The position numbers were made by a program, and so were the translations under genes. From Patescibacteria group bacterium (GTDB taxonomy: Bacteria; Patescibacteriota; Minisyncoccia; Phycocordibacterales; UBA9973), in assembly GCA_028865035.1 (NCBI GenBank), contig JAGWLB010000002.1, positions 49,531 to 113,530 on the forward strand: a DNA stretch of 64,000 bases, given 5' to 3'. This document shows positions 42,379 to 52,083 of the stretch, one piece after another. The notes beneath the pieces are model-generated. The model was not told the DNA's origin, ran no database searches, and was given only the letters and a program-made list of their open reading frames with translations. Position 1 is the stretch's first letter. Each line of letters starts with the position of its first letter.

Positions 42379-42999
42379 ATGAAAATTAAAGCAATAAAAA
42401 ATTTAATAGCAGTAATGGTTTTTACACTTTTATTCGTGAATGCAGGTTCTGTGCTTGCTTATACTCCAGATTATTCAAACCCACAAACTCAAATACAAAA
42501 CCAAAATAATGTGTATGCTCCTGCTCCATATTTTACAAATAACACAGGTGTATATGTTCCTACGTATCCGAATGATGTGCCAGTAGCTCCATTACAACCT
42601 GTTGCTCCATATATAGTGAATAGTTATTCACCATACAGTAATACAAGTAATACAAATTCAAATAGTAATACTACTGTGACTCATACTACTCCAACACAGA
42701 CTGTACCTAGAAATACAGCAACCACTACTACTATTCAGAAAGTTACAGCACCATCACCAAGTGCATCAGAGTATTCAAATACACCTGGACCTGATGTAAG
42801 AGCATTGCCGCCAGTCGTCACAACTGATGCATCTAACAATGGTTTAGCAGCTCTTTCTTTAGCTGGTACTGGTAGTTTTATGCCAAGCTCACTATGGCAA
42901 TGGTTACTAGTTGTATTATTAATATTCGTTATTATAATACTTGCTCGTTTAATTGGTAGATCTAGAGTACATGAAGTACACACAGTTGCTACACATTAA
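42379..42999 (+). CDS. Secreted Pro/Thr-rich protein with C-terminal TM anchor
   Basis: Signal peptide; low complexity; FMPSSLWQWLL TM. Confidence 0.75.
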   Translation: MKIKAIKNLIAVMVFTLLFVNAGSVLAYTPDYSNPQTQIQNQNNVYAPAPYFTNNTGVYVPTYPNDVPVAPLQPVAPYIVNSYSPYSNTSNTNSNSNTTVTHTTPTQTVPRNTATTTTIQKVTAPSPSASEYSNTPGPDVRALPPVVTTDASNNGLAALSLAGTGSFMPSSLWQWLLVVLLIFVIIILARLIGRSRVHEVHTVATH

Positions 43000-43053
43000 A
43001 ATATATTATTTAAAAATAAAACTTCCCTCATAAAAGAGGGGAGTTTTATTTTT

Positions 43054-43179
43054 TTATTTAGATTTCTTCTTTGATGCTTTTTTCTCTAACATTAATTTTT
43101 TAACCTCTAATCTTTTCTTAGTCTTATGAGAGTGACGTGATCTCTTTTTAGGACCAAGAGTTGTATCTCTTTTTGCCAT
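43054..43179 (-). CDS. 41-aa basic small protein
   Basis: MAKRDTTLGPKKRSRHSHKTKKRLEVKKLMLEKKASKKKSK; terminator downstream. Confidence 0.65.
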   Translation of the reverse strand: MAKRDTTLGPKKRSRHSHKTKKRLEVKKLMLEKKASKKKSK

Positions 43180-43335
43180 ATATAAACAATGTTTGTTATT
43201 AATAAGATAAGCTATATTATACTTTAAGTTTGAAGATAATCCTATTTTTGCTTTTTTATCGATTTTTTGATAGTATTTGACTATTCAGGGGTCGGTTTAA
43301 TATCTATTTATTGACACTGTGTCCTGATAAAACAT

Positions 43336-43407
43336 TCCGGAGTAGCTCAGCGGTAGAGCAAGCGACTGTTAATCGCTTGGTCGCAGGTTCGATCCCTGCC
43401 TCCGGAG
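43336..43407 (+). tRNA. tRNA-Asn(GTT)
   Basis: Cloverleaf, anticodon arm agcga-ctGTTaa-tcgct, GTTCGATC; CCA not encoded. Confidence 0.97.
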
Positions 43408-43435
43408 CATTTAAAAATTTTATAAGAATGTAAAG

Positions 43436-43467
43436 AAAAAATCCTGCCTTTTAAAAGACAGGATTTA
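43436..43467. terminator. Terminator between tRNA-Asn and the converging ncRNA
   Basis: aaatcctgcc-ttttaaaa-gacaggattt; T tract on the minus strand. Confidence 0.7.
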
Positions 43468-43690
43468 AGATTGTGTGAACCCATAAGTAGACGTTTAACC
43501 GCGTCTGCTGGCACGTCAATTAGACACTTACTTTCTCTTAGCAACATTGGCATACGTTCCGTGTTAACTACTGGCTCACTTATAAAAAGTGTTATTCTTT
43601 GGGCGGTGTGTACAAGGACTGTTTTTACGCCCTATTAAAGCTCGCTTTCGCTCAGTCCCCCAAAGCACTTTATCTAAGGTACAATCTCAA
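43465..43690 (-). ncRNA. Putative 16S-rRNA-core-like small RNA
   Basis: Contains gtgccagcagacgcggttaa within a full helix 18, ccttgtacacaccgccc and taatagggcgtaaa; ends pair (ttgagattgt/acaatcttaa); -10-like box upstream and terminator downstream. Confidence 0.75.
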
Positions 43691-43808
43691 GACTATATTA
43701 GCATATTATACTCTTCCGAACATCCTCCCAGGTTTGGAGCCATACTTGACAAATTACTTTATATATTATATTTTAGAGTTAAATTGTTAAACTAAAAATT
43801 GAATAATT

Positions 43809-44312
43809 ATGAAAAAAGTTTTTCTTGTTCTTTTAATAACATACTCAATAGTATGTACAGGTTATATTATTTATCTAAAGTCACCTCTCAATGACCATGG
43901 GCATAGACTCTACGGAGTTAAGAATCCAAAAACTATGTTAGTTTTAGATTCAATATTCCGTGATGTAGCTAACCTTCATAGGGATTTGGTCTTTAAGGTT
44001 GGACCGAGTACTCAGGCAATTTACGACAACGGCAGAGTTGGCTTAAATTATATAAGCGACTCAACAGTGGATCTTCCATTATCTGGGCCCAGCTTCGTTG
44101 TCAGTAATCCAGAAGAATCAGCACAAAAAGCCGCTAGGATTCTAACCCGAAATGGATTTAATGCCAGAATTATTGTTAATTTTGACTCAACTTTATCCAA
44201 TAAATTAGTTTTACTTCAAAGTAACTCTATTAATTGGACACTTGTTTTTAGAAGAGATATTCTAAATATGGGCAAGAAACCAAAAGACATAGGTTTCGGA
44301 TGGGCAAAATGA
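43809..44312 (+). CDS. Hypothetical membrane-anchored protein
   Basis: N-terminal TM; own promoter and terminator. Confidence 0.65.
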   Translation: MKKVFLVLLITYSIVCTGYIIYLKSPLNDHGHRLYGVKNPKTMLVLDSIFRDVANLHRDLVFKVGPSTQAIYDNGRVGLNYISDSTVDLPLSGPSFVVSNPEESAQKAARILTRNGFNARIIVNFDSTLSNKLVLLQSNSINWTLVFRRDILNMGKKPKDIGFGWAK

Positions 44313-44477
44313 TTTTCAAAAAAAGATGATTTTTTTATTGAAGGAATCGTGTAACAACGATTCCTTTTTTATTTATCCATATCAACCAAACTCTTCCGAA
44401 CATCCTCCCAGGTTCGGAGCCTAAATTTTAATTTGATTTGTAAGAGGAAAATTGTATAATTAAAGAAAACTTTAGTA

Positions 44478-45125
44478 ATGGAATTAAATGTATCAAAACA
44501 GTATTATGAATCACTTGATTATACTGCCATTTCTTTAATAGAAACCGTTACCCGTTTTAATACTAATTGTGGAAGTATTAACAATATTATATCGACAGAA
44601 GATAACTTTCCTTTGAAAAGGAATCCGGGAGCTAATATTGAAGATTGGAATGGTTTTTTTGTTTCTCGTAATTTTAGATTTTTATTGAAGCTAAATTGTT
44701 TTGGAAAGATAATGGAAATTCCTTACCACAAAAATATTAGCACCCTAATTAGTTGTGCTAGATATGATGAAAAGTTTAATAATGTGGTAATAAATAATGA
44801 TTATTGTCTTAGAAAAGCCAATTTTCTGAAGTCAGTAACAAACCATCAGCTTTTTGGATATCTGTTTTCTAAATCAAATGAGCTATCAATAATGACACTG
44901 GACGATATCAGTTTCCTGTGGATGATTCTAAGTACACTCCTATTTCATGAAAATTTGCTAAATCATGGAGAATGGTGCCACAACGTATTTATGGGTTGGA
45001 AAAGAAATAGTCCTTTAATAGTTCAGAGAATTGGAAAATTATGGCATCTTTCAAATGATGAATTTTATCCTGAACATTCGTATCATGTAAAAGATGAAAC
45101 ATTATTTTTCCCGGTTATCAAGTGA
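44478..45125 (+). CDS. Hypothetical protein
   Basis: 215-aa ORF between repeat sites. Confidence 0.55.
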   Translation: MELNVSKQYYESLDYTAISLIETVTRFNTNCGSINNIISTEDNFPLKRNPGANIEDWNGFFVSRNFRFLLKLNCFGKIMEIPYHKNISTLISCARYDEKFNNVVINNDYCLRKANFLKSVTNHQLFGYLFSKSNELSIMTLDDISFLWMILSTLLFHENLLNHGEWCHNVFMGWKRNSPLIVQRIGKLWHLSNDEFYPEHSYHVKDETLFFPVIK

Positions 45126-45277
45126 TTATAAAGACACCATTTTATTTAACGGTGTCTTTTTAATAATATCTAGAACATTTTCCAATCTTTTCTTAATTTT
45201 ATTCCAATTAGAATTCTGAACTTGTCCACTAAAGCGAGCCAGATAGATTCTCGTTAAAGTTTTGATATAATAAACTT

Positions 45278-45832
45278 ATGAGAAAAATAATTGTACAAGA
45301 AATGATTAGTGTTGATGGATTTTTTGCTGGAGAAAACGGTGAAATAGATTGGCATAATGTGGATGCCGAATTTAATAAATATGCTATTGAATTTCTTAAT
45401 ACCATAGATTCTTTGTTGTTTGGCCGCATTACTTATGAACTCATGGCAAGTTATTGGCCTACAGAAGCTGCTTTAAATGATGACCAAATCGTTGCTTCTA
45501 AAATGAATAATCTTTCGAAAATTGTTTTTTCTAAAACCAGGAATATATTAGAATGGAATAACTCAAAAGTGTTTTCTGAAATTAATGCAGAAGAAATAAA
45601 AAAATTAAAACAAACTGAAGGTAAGGATATTGCCATATTTGGCAGTGGTACTATTGTATCTGAACTTACCAAACTAAGATTAATTGATGAGTATCGGCTT
45701 ATTGTAAATCCTATAGTTCTTGGTAAGGGTAAGTCATTATTTTCATATATAGAAAAAAGATACAAGTTACAGCTCGTAAAAGTAGAAAAGTTTAAATCAG
45801 GAAATGTTTCCCTTCACTACAGTCTTTTATAG
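45278..45832 (+). CDS. Dihydrofolate reductase family (RibD C-terminal) protein
   Basis: SVDGF, LFGRITYE, KIVFS, GKDI.IFGSG, LIDEY.L.V.PIVLG.GK.LF. Confidence 0.92.
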   Translation: MRKIIVQEMISVDGFFAGENGEIDWHNVDAEFNKYAIEFLNTIDSLLFGRITYELMASYWPTEAALNDDQIVASKMNNLSKIVFSKTRNILEWNNSKVFSEINAEEIKKLKQTEGKDIAIFGSGTIVSELTKLRLIDEYRLIVNPIVLGKGKSLFSYIEKRYKLQLVKVEKFKSGNVSLHYSLL

Positions 45833-45929
45833 AATCAATAAGGGTTAAGAACATTTAATAATACTCTTCCGAACATAATCCAAGGTTTGGATCTTGTTAA
45901 TTTTGTAGTAGAGATGTTATATTTCTATC

Positions 45930-46403
45930 ATGGAAGAAAGAGATACAGAAGGAGCTTTTAGATGGATTGTAAATATAATTAAAAAACATAATATACCTTT
46001 TCAGATAAAAGGTGGTTTTGCTTCACGTCTATATGGAGTAAAAAGGGAACTGGCTGATATTGATATATCTATCCCAGAGAATAGATTTGATGAATTAATT
46101 CCTGAAATAAAAGAGTTTATTGTATATGGACCAGAACAATATTTAGATGATGAATGGGATATAAAACTCATAACTCTAACTTACAAAAATCAGGATATAG
46201 ATATAGCAGGAGCATATAAAAAGAAAAACTTTGATAAGATGAACCAGAAATGGGTAAATATACCGACTAACTTTGATACTAGTGTGTATATGGATGTATA
46301 TGGTTTAAATGTACCAGTGATTTCTAAGACAGACCTAATAAATTACAAGAAACTCATTCAAAGAGATGTAGATATATTTGATATTAATGCTTTAAGTAAG
46401 TAA
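45930..46403 (+). CDS. Nucleotidyltransferase-superfamily protein
   Basis: GGFA...YG..R..ADIDI motif; LINYK....R..D..D. Confidence 0.7.
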   Translation: MEERDTEGAFRWIVNIIKKHNIPFQIKGGFASRLYGVKRELADIDISIPENRFDELIPEIKEFIVYGPEQYLDDEWDIKLITLTYKNQDIDIAGAYKKKNFDKMNQKWVNIPTNFDTSVYMDVYGLNVPVISKTDLINYKKLIQRDVDIFDINALSK

Positions 46404-46516
46404 CTTAATATTCTTCAGAACATAGTCTCAGAATTGTAGTTTAGTGAATTTGTAAACGTTATTAATTTTAAATAAGTACTTACATATATGTAAACTTTTA
46501 TGATATAGTCATTGTT

Positions 46517-47119
46517 ATGATAAAAGTATTAATTTTTGATGCTGACGGTGTTCTCATAAATGGTGAGATGTTCAGTAAAATACTTGCTAAAGAATACGGA
46601 ATCTCAACCGAAATAACAGAACCATTTTTTGACGGACCTTTTAGTGAGTGCTTAGTTGGTAATATTGATTTGAAAGAAGCTATTTCTCCATATTTAGAAG
46701 GTTGGGGATGGAAAACAGGTGTGGATAGTTTCCTAGATTATTGGTTTTCTGCAGAGCACTCTATTGATCAAGATTTGATTGCATATATTCAAGAATGTAG
46801 AAAGAGGGGAATCAAGTGCTATGTTGCAACCAATCAAGAAAAGCATCGAGCTGAGTATATGCTTGATAAATTAGGATTTGTAAATAACTTTGATAAGCTT
46901 TATGCTTCTGCGCATTTAGGGCATAAAAAACCAAGTTTGGATTTCTATGAAAAATTAGTAAACGATCTCGACGGCATAAATAAAGAAGAAATCCTATTTT
47001 GGGATGATTCACCTAAAAATATAACGGCCGCACGACAATTTGGAATTAATGCAGAATTATATACTACTTTTGAAGATTTTAATAAGAGAATGAAGATTTA
47101 TCCTGATTTTGATAAGTAA
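46517..47119 (+). CDS. HAD-IA family hydrolase
   Basis: FDADGVL, ATN, KKP, FWDD...N. Confidence 0.92.
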   Translation: MIKVLIFDADGVLINGEMFSKILAKEYGISTEITEPFFDGPFSECLVGNIDLKEAISPYLEGWGWKTGVDSFLDYWFSAEHSIDQDLIAYIQECRKRGIKCYVATNQEKHRAEYMLDKLGFVNNFDKLYASAHLGHKKPSLDFYEKLVNDLDGINKEEILFWDDSPKNITAARQFGINAELYTTFEDFNKRMKIYPDFDK

Positions 47120-47236
47120 TACTAATTCGAATATCCTATCTATTCTTCTAAGCGAGCAAATAAAAAACCCTGTTATAGGGTTTTACGGCAATTTAAAATC
47201 TTAAGTAATATGTATATATTTATAATTATGACTATA

Positions 47237-47422
47237 TTACCTGCGAATCTTATCAGAAGGCTTAATATTTAGTCTTCTTAAGATTTCACTTTTTAATTGG
47301 CTTTTGTCAAATGGGCTTTTACCATTTCCATTATCTTTAGCGTCTAATTCTATAGAACGCTGAAAATTATCTAACAATTGTTGATTAGATAAAGCTTCTA
47401 GCTCCTTTTTATTCATACTCAT
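47237..47422 (-). CDS. Hypothetical small protein
   Basis: 61-aa ORF with TTGACA/TATAAT upstream. Confidence 0.5.
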   Translation of the reverse strand: MSMNKKELEALSNQQLLDNFQRSIELDAKDNGNGKSPFDKSQLKSEILRRLNIKPSDKIRR

Positions 47423-47510
47423 TTTAAATTATTTAAATGAAAAATATTGATTTAATTTATTGGAATATTATATCTTAATCTAAAAAATGTCAAAATGACT
47501 AAATATTACA

Positions 47511-48656
47511 TTATTGATATTGTATAAAGCTTGGTTGGGGTTCTAATTCTAGTATTTGCTTGGGTGTAAGAAGTGCGTGCGTTGGTGCGACGAGATCTGT
47601 TTTATAGAATAGTTTAATGCCTGTAAACTGTACTGGTTCATTGCTTATTATTCCATTATAAATATGAATTTTCTTTTCTGGTGTACTCCATCCATCCATA
47701 TCCATAACAATCTGAACTTCTGGTAGGGGAGTTATCTTTTTATAGTTAGTAACCATATTTTCAGTAAAACGATGCACAATAAGAACTTTCGGTGGAAGAT
47801 TATATTTTTTAACTAGAGAGGCTAAGTAATTTGCAGTATAATTAATATCCGTTGCGTCCATAGTGCCGATAATTGTACCAGGGCGCCTGTCGTTCTTCAT
47901 TGAGAATTCTGGATCTAAAGCTAGTTCTACTTGTGGAAGTTTAAGATATTCTTCCAGAAGGGGAATTTCTGTTTGCACATTACTTTTACCTACTTGCACA
48001 TCAAGTATAACTATTCCATTAATCTGTTCGGCAAGTGCAATTGCTTTTTGAATCTGGTCTGCTGGCATACGAGCACGATATTTATTATCAGCACCTGGGC
48101 TCGATTGAGCTGTAACTGTAACATAATCAATAGCAGGTATAACAGGAGTACTGGGATCAGCTTTTTTCCATTCGTCGACAGCATTTTGGAGTCTCCGTAA
48201 AACTTCTTGCGGAGGGTATTCCCCAAGTATCCCCATTTTAGTTGAATAGAAGTTACCGTAATATGCAACGATGCGATTGAATGGTAGAAGAGCTCCTCCT
48301 ATCGGATAGATTCCTTTAACAGGCCATAATGGTACAGCAGAGGGTATAGAATTGGTAGTTGTTGAAACCTTTGAGATGGGAGAAACAGGGGTTGGAGGAA
48401 CATTTGCTATCTGAAGTAACTTTGCATCGTATGCCACCTTGTCTAAAACAGCTACTGCCACAGGAGCAATAGAGGTAACACTTTTTGTGTTATTTTGTGT
48501 AGTTGAGTTATATCGAATTGTAAGTAAACTAGAAGAACTTATAAAATATGCAGTAGCATAAATAATAATCACCCCACAAAAAATCCAAGCAGTTGCTTGA
48601 AAATATTTGTTCTTGAAAATATGATTCTTTTTGGTTTGCTTAGTAGCATTCGGCAT
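47511..48656 (-). CDS. Membrane-anchored conserved hypothetical protein (possible hydrolase)
   Basis: TM, then 'RIVAYYG...MGILGE', 'LDVQVG', 'ALDPEF', 'MDGW', 'GIKLFYK.D'; start trimmed to the ATG at 48656. Confidence 0.75.
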   Translation of the reverse strand: MPNATKQTKKNHIFKNKYFQATAWIFCGVIIIYATAYFISSSSLLTIRYNSTTQNNTKSVTSIAPVAVAVLDKVAYDAKLLQIANVPPTPVSPISKVSTTTNSIPSAVPLWPVKGIYPIGGALLPFNRIVAYYGNFYSTKMGILGEYPPQEVLRRLQNAVDEWKKADPSTPVIPAIDYVTVTAQSSPGADNKYRARMPADQIQKAIALAEQINGIVILDVQVGKSNVQTEIPLLEEYLKLPQVELALDPEFSMKNDRRPGTIIGTMDATDINYTANYLASLVKKYNLPPKVLIVHRFTENMVTNYKKITPLPEVQIVMDMDGWSTPEKKIHIYNGIISNEPVQFTGIKLFYKTDLVAPTHALLTPKQILELEPQPSFIQYQ

Positions 48657-48774
48657 AATATACAGAAGTGTAGCATATAATTTTATAAATATGCTAAAAA
48701 TACCCCCTAAATCATCTATTAGAATATTTTTTAAATTAAACGTAAAGAAGTCGAGAAAGTGATATAATATAAAT

Positions 48775-49017
48775 ATGAAACAAGAATATGAAGAAGAGTT
48801 TAAATTATCTGGAGAGGAAGTGCTAAAGAAAGTTAAAGAAATAATTAAAGAAGGTAATGCTCGGAAAATTATCATAAAAAATGAAAATGGTAAAGAAGTT
48901 GTAACTATTCCGCTTACGGTGGGAGCAGTAGGAGCTGTCCTTGCTCCAGCTTTGGCAGCAATAGGTGCTGTCGCGGCTCTTCTTACTAACTGTACAATAG
49001 TTGTTGTTAAGAAATAA
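48775..49017 (+). CDS. DUF4342 domain protein
   Basis: VKEIIKEGNAR.I.IK...IPLTVG. Confidence 0.88.
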   Translation: MKQEYEEEFKLSGEEVLKKVKEIIKEGNARKIIIKNENGKEVVTIPLTVGAVGAVLAPALAAIGAVAALLTNCTIVVVKK

Positions 49018-49262
49018 TCTTTTCGATTATTGTTATACCATTATAGTTAATTTACTCTAATTATCATCTATTTATTTTTCAAAAAGGTGATACAATATAC
49101 ATATTGCTTAATATTTAATTTAGCAATAAATATATTTGACATTGTATAAAAATATATTTGTAATAATTATCTTGTAATAAATAACAAGATCGGTTCGTCA
49201 TATTAAACATAATGCTCAATCGAAAGCATTTTATTATTAATAAATTAATTTTATTAAGTTTT

Positions 49263-50612
49263 ATGAAAAAAATTTTATTAGCAAGTTCTATAGTTTTAAC
49301 AGTGCTCGGCTTAGTAGCTGCGACAGCTTATGCATCGGCACCTACTATTACAGCAGGAGCAGCTCAAAGTATAACATTACCAACTAGTTCGGTTTCACTT
49401 ACAGGCTCTGCGACAGCACAGGCTCCAGCGACTGCTATCGCAAGTTATGCATGGGTTCTTACTTCAGGTCCAGTTGTAAGTCCAGCTGTAGTAATAACTC
49501 AACCAAATCCTACTACTTCTGCAAATGCCACAGCTACAGGTTTAACAGTTCCTGGTACTTATGTATTTACACTTACTGCTACAGACAATGCAACACCGAC
49601 AGCCTTTAGTGCAACAGCTACTACAACAGTAACTGTAAATCCAGCACCAGTCGTAACTGTAAATGCTGGAGCAAATCAGACTATCACATTACCTACAAAT
49701 AATGTGAACCTATCAGGTTCTGCTACAGCTACAAGTCCTGCAACAATTGCAAGTTATACATGGACACAAGTTTCTGGTCCAGTAACAGCAGTTATAGCTG
49801 CTCCATCAAATTCTTCAACTGCCGTTTCTGGCTTAACAGCTGCTGGTACATATGTGTTCAAGCTTACAGCTACTGATAATACTACTCCAACAGCTCTAAC
49901 TGGTTCTGCTGATGTTACAATCGTTGTAAACTCAAGTACAACAAATCTTCCTGCAGGTTGTCAGCCTGGTGCACTATACAGTTCTACAACAGGTCAACCA
50001 TGTACTACTCAAACTCAAACACATGTTATTAAATCTAAGCTTGAAATTAATAGTAATGGTGACGTAAACCTTACTGGTGAATTGATGTCAAATACTGGCA
50101 CTGTTCTTACTGTGAAAGTTTGGGGTATGATATTTACAATTAATACTGCAAATGTAAATACAATTGGCCAAGTTCAAAATCTCTCTTCATTTGCCGTTGG
50201 AGACCAAGTAAGCGTGAACGGTCAAATTGATACAACTTCATCAACTCCTACTGTTAATGCTCGTTCTATAAGAGATGATATAAATAGTAACAATAATCCG
50301 ACAAGTATTGGTAATATTTTCTCTCGAGAGTTATTAATGAGAGGTATGATGGGTGACGATGTAAAGAAAATTCAAAAACTTCTTGGTTTAAGTGAAGATG
50401 GAGTTTTTGGGCTAAATACAGCAAATAAAGTAAAAGAATGGCAATCAAAAAAAGGTTTACACGTAGATGGTATTTTGGGTAAGCAAAGTCTTGGTGAGAT
50501 GGAAAAAGAGATCGAAACTGAGGGTGGCAACGATAATAGTACAAATAGTTCAGAAAATATGAATATGAATAATTCTAGTACTATTAACCGCAACAATTCA
50601 GGCGACAATTAA
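49263..50612 (+). CDS. Secreted PKD-like repeat, OB-like and peptidoglycan-binding domain protein
   Basis: Two 'AG..Q.ITLP...SY.W...SGP...GTYVF.LTATDN' repeats; 'G..GDDVKKIQ...DG.FG..T...WQ...GL.VDG..G'. Confidence 0.85.
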   Translation: MKKILLASSIVLTVLGLVAATAYASAPTITAGAAQSITLPTSSVSLTGSATAQAPATAIASYAWVLTSGPVVSPAVVITQPNPTTSANATATGLTVPGTYVFTLTATDNATPTAFSATATTTVTVNPAPVVTVNAGANQTITLPTNNVNLSGSATATSPATIASYTWTQVSGPVTAVIAAPSNSSTAVSGLTAAGTYVFKLTATDNTTPTALTGSADVTIVVNSSTTNLPAGCQPGALYSSTTGQPCTTQTQTHVIKSKLEINSNGDVNLTGELMSNTGTVLTVKVWGMIFTINTANVNTIGQVQNLSSFAVGDQVSVNGQIDTTSSTPTVNARSIRDDINSNNNPTSIGNIFSRELLMRGMMGDDVKKIQKLLGLSEDGVFGLNTANKVKEWQSKKGLHVDGILGKQSLGEMEKEIETEGGNDNSTNSSENMNMNNSSTINRNNSGDN

Positions 50613-50776
50613 TCCATAAATCCTAATATTAAAACAATCAGCCAAGTGGCTGGTTGTTTTAAAATATGGGTATACTTTTATCATATTGAATATATATTTA
50701 TAGTTGATATACTTATCCCTAAGCGTCGAGTTCGCGAATTATTTTATTATTTAAATGAATTTTAATATAAACATAT

Positions 50777-51091
50777 ATGTCTAAAAAAGTAGTCATTATA
50801 ATAGTTTCAGTTATAGTTTTGATTTTGATTGGTGTGTGGTGGCGTTCAAGCAATAAATCAGTTCCCACAACCCAAACACAATCCTCAGATTCTCAGCCTA
50901 CTAACAATCAAACGCAAACAACTATGGGTGATAATAGTGCAGCTACTAGTAATAGCGGTCTCTCAACTTCTAGTTCGAATACTTCAGATGCAGCTCTTAA
51001 TCAGGATTTAAATAGTCTTGATGCACAAATGAATAATTTGAATAACGATAGTGCAAGTGCAGACAATGGATTAAATAATCCAAATCAATAG
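50777..51091 (+). CDS. Small membrane-anchored protein
   Basis: TM plus S/T/N-rich tail. Confidence 0.7.
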   Translation: MSKKVVIIIVSVIVLILIGVWWRSSNKSVPTTQTQSSDSQPTNNQTQTTMGDNSAATSNSGLSTSSSNTSDAALNQDLNSLDAQMNNLNNDSASADNGLNNPNQ

Positions 51092-51122
51092 TATCTTTAA
51101 TTTAAAATAATTAACAAATCAT

Positions 51123-51920
51123 ATGAAAAGTAAAAATATATTAAATATAGTTTCCTCAATCACAAGTTCACTCTTATTTATTGGTGTGTCTATGCTACCA
51201 GCGTACACATATGCTGCTGTAACTACTACGCCAACTAAAGCAGAAGTTAATGCGGCTACACGTCTAACAAACATCATTGCTAAAAGCGATGAAGCCATAA
51301 ATGCTAGAATTGCTTCACTTAATAAAATTGATGAAAAAGTTCAACAGATGGCCCATGTTTCTTCTGCCGAGAAATTAAATATTTCAAATGAAATACAAAC
51401 AAATATTACTGGATTATCTGAACTAAAATCAAAAATTGATTCAGATACAGATGCAAAGACTGCCCACACAGACAGTAGTTCTATATATGGTAAATTCCGT
51501 ATATATGCTCTCATTATTCCACAAGGGTATATAGAAGCTTCTGCAGATAGAATAGATACAATAGTCGGTATGCTGACAACCATTAGCACGAAATTGCAAT
51601 CACGCATAAATTCAGATCAATCAGAAGGCAAAAATGTTACAGCTTTGCAAAATTCTTTGAATGATATTAATACAAAAATAGCTGATGCAAAAACTCAATC
51701 AGCAGCAGCACTAAATAGAGTTGCAAATTTATCTCCAGATGGTGGTGATAAAACCTTACTTGCTTCAAATACTGCATCGCTTAAAGCTTCTAGAGCGGAT
51801 ATTAAATTAGCAGTTCAAGATTTTAAAGCTATAAGAACAGATGTTAAAACAATAATACAAGGTTTGAAATCTGATGAGTCCAATAAATCAAATAATGATG
51901 CTGTGACAGGAAATCATTAA
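51123..51920 (+). CDS. Secreted coiled-coil protein
   Basis: Signal peptide; helical heptads. Confidence 0.75.
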   Translation: MKSKNILNIVSSITSSLLFIGVSMLPAYTYAAVTTTPTKAEVNAATRLTNIIAKSDEAINARIASLNKIDEKVQQMAHVSSAEKLNISNEIQTNITGLSELKSKIDSDTDAKTAHTDSSSIYGKFRIYALIIPQGYIEASADRIDTIVGMLTTISTKLQSRINSDQSEGKNVTALQNSLNDINTKIADAKTQSAAALNRVANLSPDGGDKTLLASNTASLKASRADIKLAVQDFKAIRTDVKTIIQGLKSDESNKSNNDAVTGNH

Positions 51921-52083
51921 ATTGTGAAATATACAAAAAGCCTATCGTTATATACGATAGGTTTTTTTTGTAAATATTAGAATAAATTCTCAAATTATTA
52001 GGTATTTTTATAAAATTATACTAGTATTTATAAAAAAGCAATTTTGCAAATAGTCATTTAAAATTAAAAATAGGAGGTATATT

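Larger units (their letters stand above)
43713..47157 (+). repeat. Array of 28-bp 11-6-11 cassette-boundary sites (43713-43740, 44393-44420, 45866-45893, 46413-46440; degenerate 45213-45240, ~47124-47157)
   Basis: CTTCCGAACAT-N6-AGGTTYGGAKC between consecutive genes. Confidence 0.85.

Noticed and set aside
43347-43795. Short ORFs over tRNA-Asn and the 16S-like RNA
   Set aside because: No protein-like features; the RNA structure explains the sequence better
48657-48875. N-terminal extension of the 454-aa ORF
   Set aside because: Overlaps the divergent DUF4342 gene and promoters; the ATG at 48656 follows a -10 box
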